This document shows, one piece after another, positions 49,617 to 59,190 of a DNA stretch of 64,000 bases. The stretch comes from Candidatus Levyibacteriota bacterium (lineage in GTDB: Bacteria > Patescibacteriota > Microgenomatia > Levybacterales > UBA12049): positions 28,537 to 92,536 of the forward strand of contig JACOXT010000004.1 in NCBI GenBank assembly GCA_016182235.1, in the 5' to 3' direction. The notes under the pieces are model-generated. The model had not been told where the DNA came from and searched no databases. It worked only from the letters and a program-made list of their open reading frames with translations. Each line of letters starts with the position of its first letter. Within the stretch, counting starts at the first letter, position 1. A program made the position numbers and the translations under genes.

Positions 49617-52079
49617 ACACCAGGACTGTCCTTCCCGATCGGGGATTTTTGAGCATTCTTTTCTTACAGTTGTCTTATTTCTGTCCCAATCCAAGATTCC
49701 ATTTCCAATTTGCTTAAAGCAAATTTCTCTATTTTGGGAATCAGTTAATAGACAAAAATCAATCATTTTCTGCATATTTCCTACAAAACGATAAGACAGT
49801 GAAGACACAACTCCTCCAACGCAAACATCTTTAAAGTGTTCCGAAGGCATCAAATCGCAATCCTTCTTCATAGTTTCTAGCGATTGCGTAAATCCGACTT
49901 GGTTTGTTCCTATGGTTCTAAAACACCTGTCTTGATATTCTTGCGGAATTTGCAGACAAAGATCCGCAACTTTTTTCCAATCCTGGTTGCTAATTATAGA
50001 AAAATAGGAACTTTGATATTGCCAGCAGAGAGATTGATATTTTTCTTCCAAGACATTGCATGGATAGAAGGGATCGTCTTTTTTGATATAGCGACTCACA
50101 TGATCAAAAGAGGTAGAGGATGAGGAATTTTCCATAAATACTCCCGTATAACATCTTTCTTTGTGTTCCTGGTTTGAAATTGAATCGCAGAGTTTTAAAG
50201 ATTCCTTAAGTTCCATTTCCGTTACAAACATTGCGGCATGTCCCATGCCGTGAAGACATTCGTTAAATTCAATAGGCTTTTGATAGTCGTTTTCACTTCC
50301 GCAAACTTTGGCAAAATTCGCATTTGAATTTCGCTTTAAATATGCCTCAAGCGTCCCGTGGTAACATCCTCCATGGCAAGTTGAATCGCACTGAGCATAA
50401 ACTTTGGAAATACTTTGCTGTTTCTCATATTCAAGGCGGGAAAGATAGTGTGTTGTCTCGTGGCAGCGTGCATAAACTTCAGTAAATTGTTCATTTTCTT
50501 TAAAAATATTAAGCGTTTTAGCTAACCCGAACTGACTGTACAAAACATCTGCTGCTTTCTTATAACATCCATCGCGGCCGTCTGATTCATAACACGTCTT
50601 CATAACCTTTCTGGTATATGAGTTAATAGCCTCAGAAGCCAGTTTTGGAGGAAAATTAATTTGCGCTTGTCGATTGTATTCCTTAATTAGCCTTTCAATA
50701 TGCTCAAGGCACTCTTTTTGACCAAAACCTACGCCATTACATACTTGAAGGGATTTCTCAGACCAGCCGGGAACTTCTTGGAAAACCAACTCTCCGGCCG
50801 CAGACTTAATGCATTTTGCTATGAATTCATCTACTCCGATTTTTTGACATCCTGTAATTATTTGTTGTGTATTACCAGTTGAAGCTAATGAAAATCCCAA
50901 AGAGTCAATGCATGCATTTTTAAATGGGCTGGAATTTGAATTAATACAGACTTTCACGACTTCGTCAAACCCCATCTTATATCTTCCCATCAAAAGGGAA
51001 GACTGATTTCTTCCGCAGGCAAATGAATAGGAATAGCCATATTTTCTCTCGAGAAAGTTACAAGGATAGTATGGATCATTGTTTTTGAAAAAGGTATCGG
51101 GCGCAGATCTTACAAATTCCATAAATACTCCGTCAAAACAATATTCATTGCCTGATGTTAATTTGCGGCATGTGATAAGTGCTTTTTCTAAATCAGAAGT
51201 TCTGTAAAAAGATGCAATCCCATGTCCAATGCCATGAATACAGCTTGCTGCCGGACCGGTAATTGTTCCCGCTTGCGAGCTTAATTTAAGACACGCATCT
51301 TGCGCGTCTAATAAATGATCTAAATTTTTAGCAAAAGCCTTGTCCAAAAATCCGTGATAACAACCAAATGCAAATTTGGCTGAGCAGTCAGAAATACCGT
51401 TAAAACCTTTTTGTTCATAAATTAAAATGCCGGATAAATGAGCAAGATCATGAATGTTGCCAGTTGATCCTGCCTCATTGCCGAAGACATCTTGTATATA
51501 TTTCCAAGAAGCTGATGGTCCATTTGCCTTGGCAATTTCCGTCAGAGTTTTGGATTGAGCATCATAGACACTGTTTTTAAATGTTTCTTTATTTGGCAAT
51601 TGACTTTGTTGTACGGATTTAGGCTTTGGCTTAAATAGATTTTTTACTTTATTTACTATATTATTAATAAAACTTTTAAATTTAGTTAGAATATTATTAG
51701 GCGGAGAAGATGGCTCCTCAGGCTTGTCTTCATCTACAACAATTATAACTCCTCTCATATGGGGAAAGTTGTGATCATGGTATTTCCATTCTCCGGCCTT
51801 TGTTGGTTTGAATGTCCATGATTCTTCTGGATCAATATTTTTCCTAGGGTCAAGCTCGGGATATATTTCGTGAGTTGGGTGGACATTACTCGCAGGCCAG
51901 CGTGGCTTGGTGTCTTTATTCACAAAGATTACAGTCGAATCCGTATCGATCATGATCTCTGAAGGAGTAAAGCCGTTTTCATTCATCTCTATAATCCTAA
52001 CTTCAGAGTGAGCTGAAGTGTTTATGGGTAAAATTAGGGATGCTATTACAAATACCAGCAGAAGGAGTATTTTTTTCAT
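49602..52079 (-). CDS. Secreted protein: cupredoxin-like N-domain plus two copies of a Cys/His-motif domain
   Basis: It has a signal peptide. The cupredoxin-like segment is FVNKDTKPRWPASNVHP...WKYHDHNFPHMRGVIIV. The motif series CYHG / C(I/L)HG(I/M)GH / GVFME / DP(Y/F)YPCN then occurs twice. Confidence 0.6.
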   Translation of the reverse strand: MKKILLLLVFVIASLILPINTSAHSEVRIIEMNENGFTPSEIMIDTDSTVIFVNKDTKPRWPASNVHPTHEIYPELDPRKNIDPEESWTFKPTKAGEWKYHDHNFPHMRGVIIVVDEDKPEEPSSPPNNILTKFKSFINNIVNKVKNLFKPKPKSVQQSQLPNKETFKNSVYDAQSKTLTEIAKANGPSASWKYIQDVFGNEAGSTGNIHDLAHLSGILIYEQKGFNGISDCSAKFAFGCYHGFLDKAFAKNLDHLLDAQDACLKLSSQAGTITGPAASCIHGIGHGIASFYRTSDLEKALITCRKLTSGNEYCFDGVFMEFVRSAPDTFFKNNDPYYPCNFLERKYGYSYSFACGRNQSSLLMGRYKMGFDEVVKVCINSNSSPFKNACIDSLGFSLASTGNTQQIITGCQKIGVDEFIAKCIKSAAGELVFQEVPGWSEKSLQVCNGVGFGQKECLEHIERLIKEYNRQAQINFPPKLASEAINSYTRKVMKTCYESDGRDGCYKKAADVLYSQFGLAKTLNIFKENEQFTEVYARCHETTHYLSRLEYEKQQSISKVYAQCDSTCHGGCYHGTLEAYLKRNSNANFAKVCGSENDYQKPIEFNECLHGMGHAAMFVTEMELKESLKLCDSISNQEHKERCYTGVFMENSSSSTSFDHVSRYIKKDDPFYPCNVLEEKYQSLCWQYQSSYFSIISNQDWKKVADLCLQIPQEYQDRCFRTIGTNQVGFTQSLETMKKDCDLMPSEHFKDVCVGGVVSSLSYRFVGNMQKMIDFCLLTDSQNREICFKQIGNGILDWDRNKTTVRKECSKIPDREGQSWCLSVI

Positions 52080-52124
52080 CGTCTTATTATTGCATAAAAT
52101 TAGATGCGAAGAAATTATGAAGAT

Positions 52125-54824
52125 TTAATAGCCAAAGACTTTACCCAGGGAGTTATTCCAGAGTAGTTCTAATAAGCTAATTGATGTTGAGACTCCTTGA
52201 GTTCCAGAAGGTGTCGGATAGGAATAAGATTCGGAAGGTGTACCATAGGAAGGAGTGCCGTATTCTGGTGTCCCGTAAGATGGAGTTCCATAACTTGGGG
52301 TTCCATAGCTTTCAGAAGGAGTGCCGTAGGATGGCGTACCATAAGTTGGAGTTCCATATGTTGGTGAGGGATAAGAGTAGCTGGTTCCTGGCGTTGGATA
52401 GGCATACCCTGTAGATGGAGAGGGATAACTAGTATCAGAGGGCGTTGGATAGTAATAGGTGTTTGGCGTTGGGTAATAGTATCCGCTTCCGGGTGTCGGG
52501 TAACCGTAAACCGGGCTTTGATCGCTTCCTCCTGGTGTTGGGTAACCGTATGCTCCGCCGGGTGTTGGGTAGTAATACGGAGTTTGGTATACAGTACTTG
52601 GTGTTGGATAATTTGATGTTGGCGAAGTATATCCACTACCTGGTGTGTAATACGGGCTGGTATATGTTCCACCGGGCGTGTAGTAGGAAGGAGAATAGTA
52701 AGAAGGCGTTAAGTAGTTTGGAGTTATGTAAGGCGTGTAATAGCTTGGGCTTGTATACGTTGATCCAGGAGGAGGTGTGTAATAAGTAGGCGATGAATAA
52801 GGGGTGTAGTAGGAAGGAGTTGGATAAAAGCCAGGTGTGTAATATGAAGGGGTAGGATAGCTTGCCGGCGAGTAATAGCTAGGAGACGTATATGTTGATC
52901 CTGGAGGAGGAGTGTTGTAGGAAGGAGAGGTATAAGCGATAGGGGATGTGTATGTTGGAGGCGTTGGGTATGTGCCTGGAGTATAGTAATTCGGTGTTGT
53001 ATAGCGAGGTGGCGGCGTATAGTATGAAGGCGTTGTATAGTTTGATCCTACAGGGGGAGTATAGTAAGTTGGAGTTGTATAAGTTGGAGGAGTGAAATAA
53101 ACAGGTGTAGTATAGCCGCCCCCGGTGTATGGCGTGTAATACTGAGGTGTTGTATATGGTGGGGGTGTTGAATAGGTCGGAGTAGTATAGTTGGAAGATA
53201 TACCACCTTGACCGGGAGTATAATAGTAAGGTGTTGAATATTGTGGAGGTGTGTAATAATAAGGAGTAGTATAGCCGCTTCCTACCGGAGGAGTATAATA
53301 AGTTGGACTTGCATAGCTTGGTGTTGGATACTCACCGGTTGGCGTAGTATAGTTGCCCCAAGGAGTATAGTAATTGGGGGTTGGGTAATTTGATCCCGAT
53401 GGAGGCGTTTGATAAGAAGGTGTTGAATACATGCCTGGCGTGTAGTATTGAGGCGTTGTATAAGTCGATCCTGTTGGCGGGGTATAATAAATGGGTGTTG
53501 TATAAAAACTGGTTGTTGGCGGAGTCGCATAAGCTATATCACTGGGCGGTGTATAATATGTTCCGGGAATATAAGATTCGGGGGGTCTTGGAGAATTTGG
53601 ACTAAAGCCTTCGCATCCTCCCGGATTGTCCGAACAATAATCATAACATGCTGCAGGAGATGTGCATCCACCCATTGACTCAATAGGCTCATGCGTTACT
53701 TGGTCTCCGGGGGTGTAGTAAAGATATGGATTGTAACTGTCGGTTGGTCTGGAAGTAGTAGCATCAAAGCCAGGGCAGACGCTTGCCCCATTCACAAGAT
53801 TATCCTTACAATAGTCATAACATTCTCCAGGAGTTGAACAATTTCCCATCTCCGGCCGAGATTCAAAATGAGCAGATAGAATATCTGTTGCGATACCTAT
53901 TGGTGGTTGATCTTGACAAGAAGAACCATTCCAGAACTTGTCAGCTCCTACGCAATTAATCGCTTCTTGTGTTTGAGTTGGTAGGGTGCAAACACCGCCC
54001 GGGCCGTGTTGCTCGCCATTTGGACAAACTAGAGAAGCATAAACTCCGTTTGAGCCGGGCGAATAACTTCGGCAATCTTGTGGGTTTTGATCGCAGTATG
54101 TTCTGCAGCTTTCTTCACTAGTGCATCCGCCAGGACCGCTAAACGATCCGCCATCTGTTGGGGGATAGGTGTTGCAAAGAGAGAAATTAGCTGGATCGGA
54201 ACAGAAGGCAGAACATGTCTCAGCACTCTGACAGCCCCCTGGTCCTTCGGTGGTATTACCTCCCAATAACCCGACTTGACTAGCAAAATCTGAACAAGAT
54301 TGGCTGTTAGCTGGATTGTCACAGAAGGTTGCACAAGAATCTAATGAGTCACAACCCAATACATCTTGGGCGATTTCCAGAAATTCAGGCTTGTCTGGAT
54401 TTTCTGTATATCCACCTGTGATTTCATTTCTTTTCGCCCAAGCATCGCAAGCTTCATGGTTTTCCGTCTTAGAACAGAAATCCAAACATGTATCTTTGGA
54501 GTCACAACCGAACTCGTCTTTTGCGCTTTCTAAAAGCTCACTGTCATATGTGACTGGATTATCTTTATAAAAACCATGCTCTTTGGCAAACGTACTGCAA
54601 CTGTTATAGTTGACAGGGTCTTCACAATAGTTGGTGCAAGTATCAATATCGTTGCATCCGCCTAGTTCTTCAATAGGAAACGAAAATTCGGAGGAAGGAT
54701 CTGGAGAAACCTCGGGTGAGGGAGTTTGGGAGAAAACATTAGTTGCTACGAAAAACAACAAGGCTAAAGTAATGCTTGTTATAGTCAAAAATTTAATTAA
54801 ATTAGGCCGTAAAATAGTTGTCAT
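52125..54824 (-). CDS. Secreted protein: about 7 four-Cys modules followed by a roughly 480-aa Tyr/Thr/Pro-rich repeat region
   Basis: It has an N-terminal signal/anchor. The modules fit GGCxSxExCxxYCxDPxNxxxC. A long YYTP / TPSYGTP low-complexity tract follows. Confidence 0.6.
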   Translation of the reverse strand: MTTILRPNLIKFLTITSITLALLFFVATNVFSQTPSPEVSPDPSSEFSFPIEELGGCNDIDTCTNYCEDPVNYNSCSTFAKEHGFYKDNPVTYDSELLESAKDEFGCDSKDTCLDFCSKTENHEACDAWAKRNEITGGYTENPDKPEFLEIAQDVLGCDSLDSCATFCDNPANSQSCSDFASQVGLLGGNTTEGPGGCQSAETCSAFCSDPANFSLCNTYPPTDGGSFSGPGGCTSEESCRTYCDQNPQDCRSYSPGSNGVYASLVCPNGEQHGPGGVCTLPTQTQEAINCVGADKFWNGSSCQDQPPIGIATDILSAHFESRPEMGNCSTPGECYDYCKDNLVNGASVCPGFDATTSRPTDSYNPYLYYTPGDQVTHEPIESMGGCTSPAACYDYCSDNPGGCEGFSPNSPRPPESYIPGTYYTPPSDIAYATPPTTSFYTTPIYYTPPTGSTYTTPQYYTPGMYSTPSYQTPPSGSNYPTPNYYTPWGNYTTPTGEYPTPSYASPTYYTPPVGSGYTTPYYYTPPQYSTPYYYTPGQGGISSNYTTPTYSTPPPYTTPQYYTPYTGGGYTTPVYFTPPTYTTPTYYTPPVGSNYTTPSYYTPPPRYTTPNYYTPGTYPTPPTYTSPIAYTSPSYNTPPPGSTYTSPSYYSPASYPTPSYYTPGFYPTPSYYTPYSSPTYYTPPPGSTYTSPSYYTPYITPNYLTPSYYSPSYYTPGGTYTSPYYTPGSGYTSPTSNYPTPSTVYQTPYYYPTPGGAYGYPTPGGSDQSPVYGYPTPGSGYYYPTPNTYYYPTPSDTSYPSPSTGYAYPTPGTSYSYPSPTYGTPTYGTPSYGTPSESYGTPSYGTPSYGTPEYGTPSYGTPSESYSYPTPSGTQGVSTSISLLELLWNNSLGKVFGY

Positions 54825-55084
54825 TTACTTACTACAAAAGGATTTTTATACGTGTCAAATGGATTAACGTATTGAGTTTCTTTAGCAAACGGGTTTTTAT
54901 ATTCGGTTTTAAGCTTAACTTGTGCTTTTTTCTCAAGAAGCGGGGACGTAGGAAGCCCTGGAACTTTAATAACTCCCAAAAGAAAACCAATTGCAACAAT
55001 AAGGAGCGTAACTAATATTCCTATTCTGACTGACTTTTTCTTAAATACTCCTCCGACAACCTCTCTATTCAACTGATTATCCAT
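54821..55084 (-). CDS. Small membrane-anchored protein with three NPF motifs
   Basis: 87 aa with one TM helix. The C-terminus is YKNPFAKETQYVNPFDTYKNPFV. There is a 4-nt overlap with the downstream gene. Confidence 0.45.
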   Translation of the reverse strand: MDNQLNREVVGGVFKKKSVRIGILVTLLIVAIGFLLGVIKVPGLPTSPLLEKKAQVKLKTEYKNPFAKETQYVNPFDTYKNPFVVSK

Positions 55085-55151
55085 TTTGGTTAATATATTA
55101 ATTAAAGAACTGTTTATTCTAATTTGTCAAGCTGGTAAATTGAAGCTAAAA

Positions 55152-56324
55152 TTAGTTAGATAGATTGGAGATCTGACCAAAACACTGATTGTTAAAAGGA
55201 GATTCGATTTTTTGACAGAGCATTTGTTTTTGGTTTACGTCAATTGGATCTGAGGCAATTTGCCCAATTACTCTTTGGTAGCATTCATCTTTTAGGTGAG
55301 GAGGGACATTTTGACAGATAAATATTGCTTCGTCTCGACCTCCAACAGAGTAAAATGATCCGGCATTAACAACCAAACAATCATCGTACCAATCTTGTCC
55401 TTCTTGTTGGCAAAGCTCAAATGATTTTGCAGGATCTCCTAGGGTCAGAGGATGGATTTGTCTTGCGACATTATCCATGCACCAAGCTTCATATTCTTCA
55501 TTTTCAACCGTTTGGCAAAGCTCTGATGTTTTGACTATGTCTCCGTTGTTCATTTGGTAGATTCTTGCTGCCTGATTTAGCCAGCAGCCTCTTTGATATT
55601 TTTCGGGAAAAGCATTACAGGGGAAATAAGGGTCATCTGATATCCAGTCTCGTATTTGTTCTTTACCCGTACCCCAATCATGAACACCAAAAAGATTTTC
55701 CATAAAAGCGCCGTTATGGCAGGACGATAAGGCTTCAGGAAACTGAGCTTCTTTTTCATAGAGCTCATCGCAAGTTGTGAGTGCCTTGGGCAATTCATAA
55801 TTCCACATGGCAAGTATTGAGTGTCCGGCGGCATGGACACATTGAAAATAACGAACAGAAGACTCCTTGCATTTGTCAGTCATCTTTTCAATTGCTTCAA
55901 ATCCCTGGTCTGAGGCTGCCTCAATTATTGTTCCGTGATAACATGCGTAGAGAAAATAGTCTTTGCATTTGAGAATCGAATCAGCGCCGTATTTTTTGTA
56001 AGCAAAAAATCCGATTTGATGTACGACTAAATGTCCCTCTCCTGTATGAGGAAGAGGAGAATGTTCTAGGATTTCTAGGGCTTCCTCCACATCTACTCTT
56101 TCAACGAGTTTCCTTGCAGCCTTTAGTCTTTTTTCTTGATCTTTAGGATCTAATATATCTTTCATCTCCGGAACGTCTTTATAAGAGGTTGAAGTTATTT
56201 GAGTTTCTGCAATAGGTGCGGACTTAATAAGGGTTTTGCTCCACTTATTAATCGATGGGGTTGCGTTTACTATTCCAGCCAATAAACCGCCTAACAAAAT
56301 AATTATAACTATCTTTTTTATCAT
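55152..56324 (-). CDS. Secreted protein with a single copy of the Cys/His-motif domain (paralog of 49602-52079)
   Basis: It has a signal peptide and the motifs ACYHGTIIEA, CVHAAGHS, CHNGAFMEN and DDPYFPCN. Confidence 0.6.
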   Translation of the reverse strand: MIKKIVIIILLGGLLAGIVNATPSINKWSKTLIKSAPIAETQITSTSYKDVPEMKDILDPKDQEKRLKAARKLVERVDVEEALEILEHSPLPHTGEGHLVVHQIGFFAYKKYGADSILKCKDYFLYACYHGTIIEAASDQGFEAIEKMTDKCKESSVRYFQCVHAAGHSILAMWNYELPKALTTCDELYEKEAQFPEALSSCHNGAFMENLFGVHDWGTGKEQIRDWISDDPYFPCNAFPEKYQRGCWLNQAARIYQMNNGDIVKTSELCQTVENEEYEAWCMDNVARQIHPLTLGDPAKSFELCQQEGQDWYDDCLVVNAGSFYSVGGRDEAIFICQNVPPHLKDECYQRVIGQIASDPIDVNQKQMLCQKIESPFNNQCFGQISNLSN

Positions 56325-56416
56325 TGAGTCAGAACTCGCAAATTAATTATACATTTTCTGATATAACTGTAAATACCCTCTTGTCCCTAAGTTTTTAAAC
56401 CCTTATACTATATTAT

Positions 56417-57499
56417 ATGATTCGGGTTGCGATTAATGGATATGGAAGGATAGGCAGAGTTGCTCACAGAGTAATTTTGGAAAAGCATTCCTCAGAAATT
56501 GATGTTGTTGCTATAAATGCCGGTTCTTCTACTGATATAAAAGGATGGATGTACCTGCTTCGGTATGATTCTTCGTATGGAATACTTCAGAATCATACCT
56601 TGAATTTCCAATTTCCAATTTCCAATTTCCAATCAAATCAAAATAATCAATTTTCAAATGTTCAAAATAGAGATGACTATATTGGCTCACTTATCATTGA
56701 CAGCAAAAAGATTCCGGTATTTTCGCAGAAGGACCCGAGTCTTTTGCCTTGGCGAGATTTAAATGTCGACGTAGTCATTGAGTCAACCGGGCATTTTACC
56801 ACAGAAGAAAAGCTTAAGACTCATATTACAGCTGGAGCGAAAAAGGTACTTTTGTCAGCTCCGGCAAAAGGTGGAGAAGTTTCGACTTATGTCCTCTCGG
56901 TCAATGATAAGGATTATAAAGGAGAGTCTCTTATAAATAATGCCTCATGTACAACAAATTGTATTGCGCCAGTTGCTAAGATAATGGTTGCTAATTTTGG
57001 AGTGGAGAAGGCAATGATGACGACAATTCATGGCTATACATCTGACCAAAGACTCCAAGACGGGGGGCATAAAGACTACAGGCGTGCGCGGGCGGCAGGA
57101 GAAAATATTGTTCCAACATCAACCGGAGCAACAATCGCGGCAAGTGAAGGAGTTCCGGAGCTTAAGGGAATATTTTCTGGATTGGCAATTAGAGTTCCGG
57201 TTCCGGTTGGGTCACTTTCGGATTTTACCTTTCTTCTTAAAAAAAATACAACTGTTGAAGAGATAAATGAAGTAATGAGAAGCGAAGCTCAAAATCCTAC
57301 ATATAATGGTATATTAGAAGTAACAGAAGATCCAATTGTTTCTTCAGATATAATCGGTAACTCTCACTCCTCAATCGTTGATTTGTCTCTTACTCAAGTT
57401 GTCGGCGGAAACATGGCTAAAGTTATTGCCTGGTATGACAACGAGTATGGATATGCAAATAGATTGGTGGAAGAAGTAGTTATGGTTGGAAAATCATAG
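56417..57499 (+). CDS. gap: Glyceraldehyde-3-phosphate dehydrogenase, with an in-frame heptamer-array insert
   Basis: Motifs are INGYGRIGR, the catalytic SCTTNC, WYDNEYGY. An insert of about 25 aa (LNFQFPISNFQSNQNNQFSNVQN) follows LLRYDSSYG. Confidence 0.9.
   Translation: MIRVAINGYGRIGRVAHRVILEKHSSEIDVVAINAGSSTDIKGWMYLLRYDSSYGILQNHTLNFQFPISNFQSNQNNQFSNVQNRDDYIGSLIIDSKKIPVFSQKDPSLLPWRDLNVDVVIESTGHFTTEEKLKTHITAGAKKVLLSAPAKGGEVSTYVLSVNDKDYKGESLINNASCTTNCIAPVAKIMVANFGVEKAMMTTIHGYTSDQRLQDGGHKDYRRARAAGENIVPTSTGATIAASEGVPELKGIFSGLAIRVPVPVGSLSDFTFLLKKNTTVEEINEVMRSEAQNPTYNGILEVTEDPIVSSDIIGNSHSSIVDLSLTQVVGGNMAKVIAWYDNEYGYANRLVEEVVMVGKS
56604..56668. repeat. Heptamer array ATTTCCA x4, then degenerate (A/T)TCAAAT-like units, inside gap
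   Basis: ATTTCCA is exact four times (56604-56631). The 7-nt periodicity then continues in degenerate form to about 56668. Confidence 0.85.
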
Positions 57500-57500
57500 G

Positions 57501-57570
57501 TGTCATGCCGAACTAGTTTCGGCATCTAGTTTTTTCAGGAATAAGATCCTGAAACAAGTTCAGGATGACA
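57501..57570. repeat. Nested palindromic element (TGTCAT ... ATGACA) between gap and the kinase-like gene; includes a terminator-like hairpin
   Basis: The inner hairpin is ATGCCGAA-CTAGT-TTCGGCAT (57505-57525), followed by a T6 run. A second hairpin is TCAGG...CCTGA. The outer arms are TGTCAT (57501-57506) and ATGACA (57565-57570). Confidence 0.7.
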
Positions 57571-58194
57571 AGAATAATTATGTTTACTCCTATTTCTCTG
57601 CCCAATATTAAAAACATCACTGTTTCAGGTCGAATTGGCTCTGGTACAACGACTCTTGCAAAGGGTTTGTCAAAAGCTCTAGGATGGTCACTTCTTGAAG
57701 GAGGAGTGTTATTTGAGAAAATTCATAAAGAGATCTTAAATGACAAATCAGAACTAGCAGTAGATGCCCGGCCGGATAAATTTGATCTTGAATACGAAGA
57801 GAAAATAAAAAAGATGTTAAAAGACGCAAAAAATCAGATTATACAAAGTCACTTAGCTGGCTTTGACGCACAGGGCATGGAAGGTGTTTTTAAGATTTTA
57901 GTGCTATGTACAGATGATGAGGGAAATGACAAGACTGGGATTAGAATAGATAGATTAGTCAACAGACGAGGTGTTTCAATCGAAGAGGCAAAAGAAGATG
58001 TTCTAATGAGAGAAAAACGTAACTTAGATAAATGGCGAAAGCTTTATGCAGAAGGGGATTCTAATTGGGTATATTGGGACAGAAAGTATTATGATCTTGT
58101 GATCAATACCTACTCCCACAATCAAGACGAGACTCTAAAAGTAGCTCTTAAGGCAATTGGGTTGAAGTATCGACAGCCCTCAATTGAGGTCTAG
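57565..58194 (+). CDS. Cytidylate-kinase-like P-loop kinase
   Basis: The P-loop is VSGRIGSGTTTLAK. The size and pattern fit the cytidylate kinase-like family. The start may be the Met at 57580, since 57565 lies inside the palindromic element. Confidence 0.6.
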   Translation: MTRIIMFTPISLPNIKNITVSGRIGSGTTTLAKGLSKALGWSLLEGGVLFEKIHKEILNDKSELAVDARPDKFDLEYEEKIKKMLKDAKNQIIQSHLAGFDAQGMEGVFKILVLCTDDEGNDKTGIRIDRLVNRRGVSIEEAKEDVLMREKRNLDKWRKLYAEGDSNWVYWDRKYYDLVINTYSHNQDETLKVALKAIGLKYRQPSIEV

Positions 58195-59068
58195 GCTCCC
58201 TACAGATAATAACAGGCAATTTTCTTAAAGGACCATTTGAGGTTTGGAAAAATCTGTAATCCAGAGGTGGATTCACTGTGACAAGAGTTCTAGAGACTCC
58301 GTTGAAATTTCTTTCTACTAGATTTCTTTGTTCGTCATTCATTCCTCCTTCGTAACCAGCATGATATCCAAAAAAGGCAAAAACTCCATCGGGCTCTAAG
58401 CATTTTACCAAAGTTTCCAGATCTAATAAGTCGTTTACGCTTCGTTCATCCTCGGATAGTGGAAATGTGTCAGAAATAATAATATCAAATTTTTTTCCTT
58501 CTCCTGCTAATCTTCTAGTTTCCTCAAATGCATCTCCTTCTATAACTTCAATTCCTACATTGAGCCCTCTAAATATACCCCCAATTTCACTAGTGGCTTT
58601 AGCTCTAGATATGGTAGTCTGTTTTTGTCTCCAAGTTGTATTGGCGTAATTGGCAACTTTTCTATTAAGTTCAATAACAGTATAGCTACCGCCTAAGTCC
58701 CTTAGATAATCCATAACCTGCGTAGCTATTAAACCTAATCCAAATCCTCTTTCTAAGACCCTCACGTCTTTTTTGTCACCAAGTTCCTCAAATGCTTCAA
58801 ATGCTTTACGAACTGTTTCCTCTGCCCAAGGTTTTTGACAGGAATCCATTACCTCATCTTGATCTCCTATCCAAAGCCTTACGCCTGCTGAATATTCATA
58901 GATATTTCCTTCTCCATCAACAGCCGTTCCATGTCGATATCTCGAAATATCTTGCGGCGCGTTTCTCCACTTCTCAACCAGTACCTCTCTGGGCGTTAGC
59001 TTTTCGGCTTGCCCACTATCGAAGGAAGCTTCAGTTGGTATGCATGCTGGTTGCGCTTCGCTATTCAT
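58148..59068 (-). CDS. Class I SAM-dependent methyltransferase / spermidine-synthase-like fold
   Basis: Motif I is VLERGFGLGLIA, and an acidic DIIISDTF follows. The 3' end overlaps the convergent kinase-like gene by 47 nt. Confidence 0.55.
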   Translation of the reverse strand: MNSEAQPACIPTEASFDSGQAEKLTPREVLVEKWRNAPQDISRYRHGTAVDGEGNIYEYSAGVRLWIGDQDEVMDSCQKPWAEETVRKAFEAFEELGDKKDVRVLERGFGLGLIATQVMDYLRDLGGSYTVIELNRKVANYANTTWRQKQTTISRAKATSEIGGIFRGLNVGIEVIEGDAFEETRRLAGEGKKFDIIISDTFPLSEDERSVNDLLDLETLVKCLEPDGVFAFFGYHAGYEGGMNDEQRNLVERNFNGVSRTLVTVNPPLDYRFFQTSNGPLRKLPVIICREPRPQLRAVDTSTQLP

Positions 59069-59190
59069 ATAATATATTAATTATAGCATGGATAGGATAC
59101 TTAGAATAAGTCCCTTATTCTATAGTCTTTTATGCGTAAAGTCAATGACCATTGATAATTATTAGATTTGGTGATATATTTAGGGCGCTT

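Noticed and set aside
52169-54334. Many ORFs in other frames and strands within 52.1-54.6 kb (52169-52672, 52445-52789, 53282-53678, 54029-54570).
   Set aside because: They are artefacts of the low-complexity YYTP/Cys-module coding repeat of the 899-aa gene, which keeps several frames open.
58148-58194. The 47-nt convergent overlap of the kinase-like and methyltransferase-like genes could be a regulatory antisense arrangement.
   Set aside because: It is more simply explained by uncertain C-terminal extents of two weakly conserved tails. No structure or motif is seen in the overlap.
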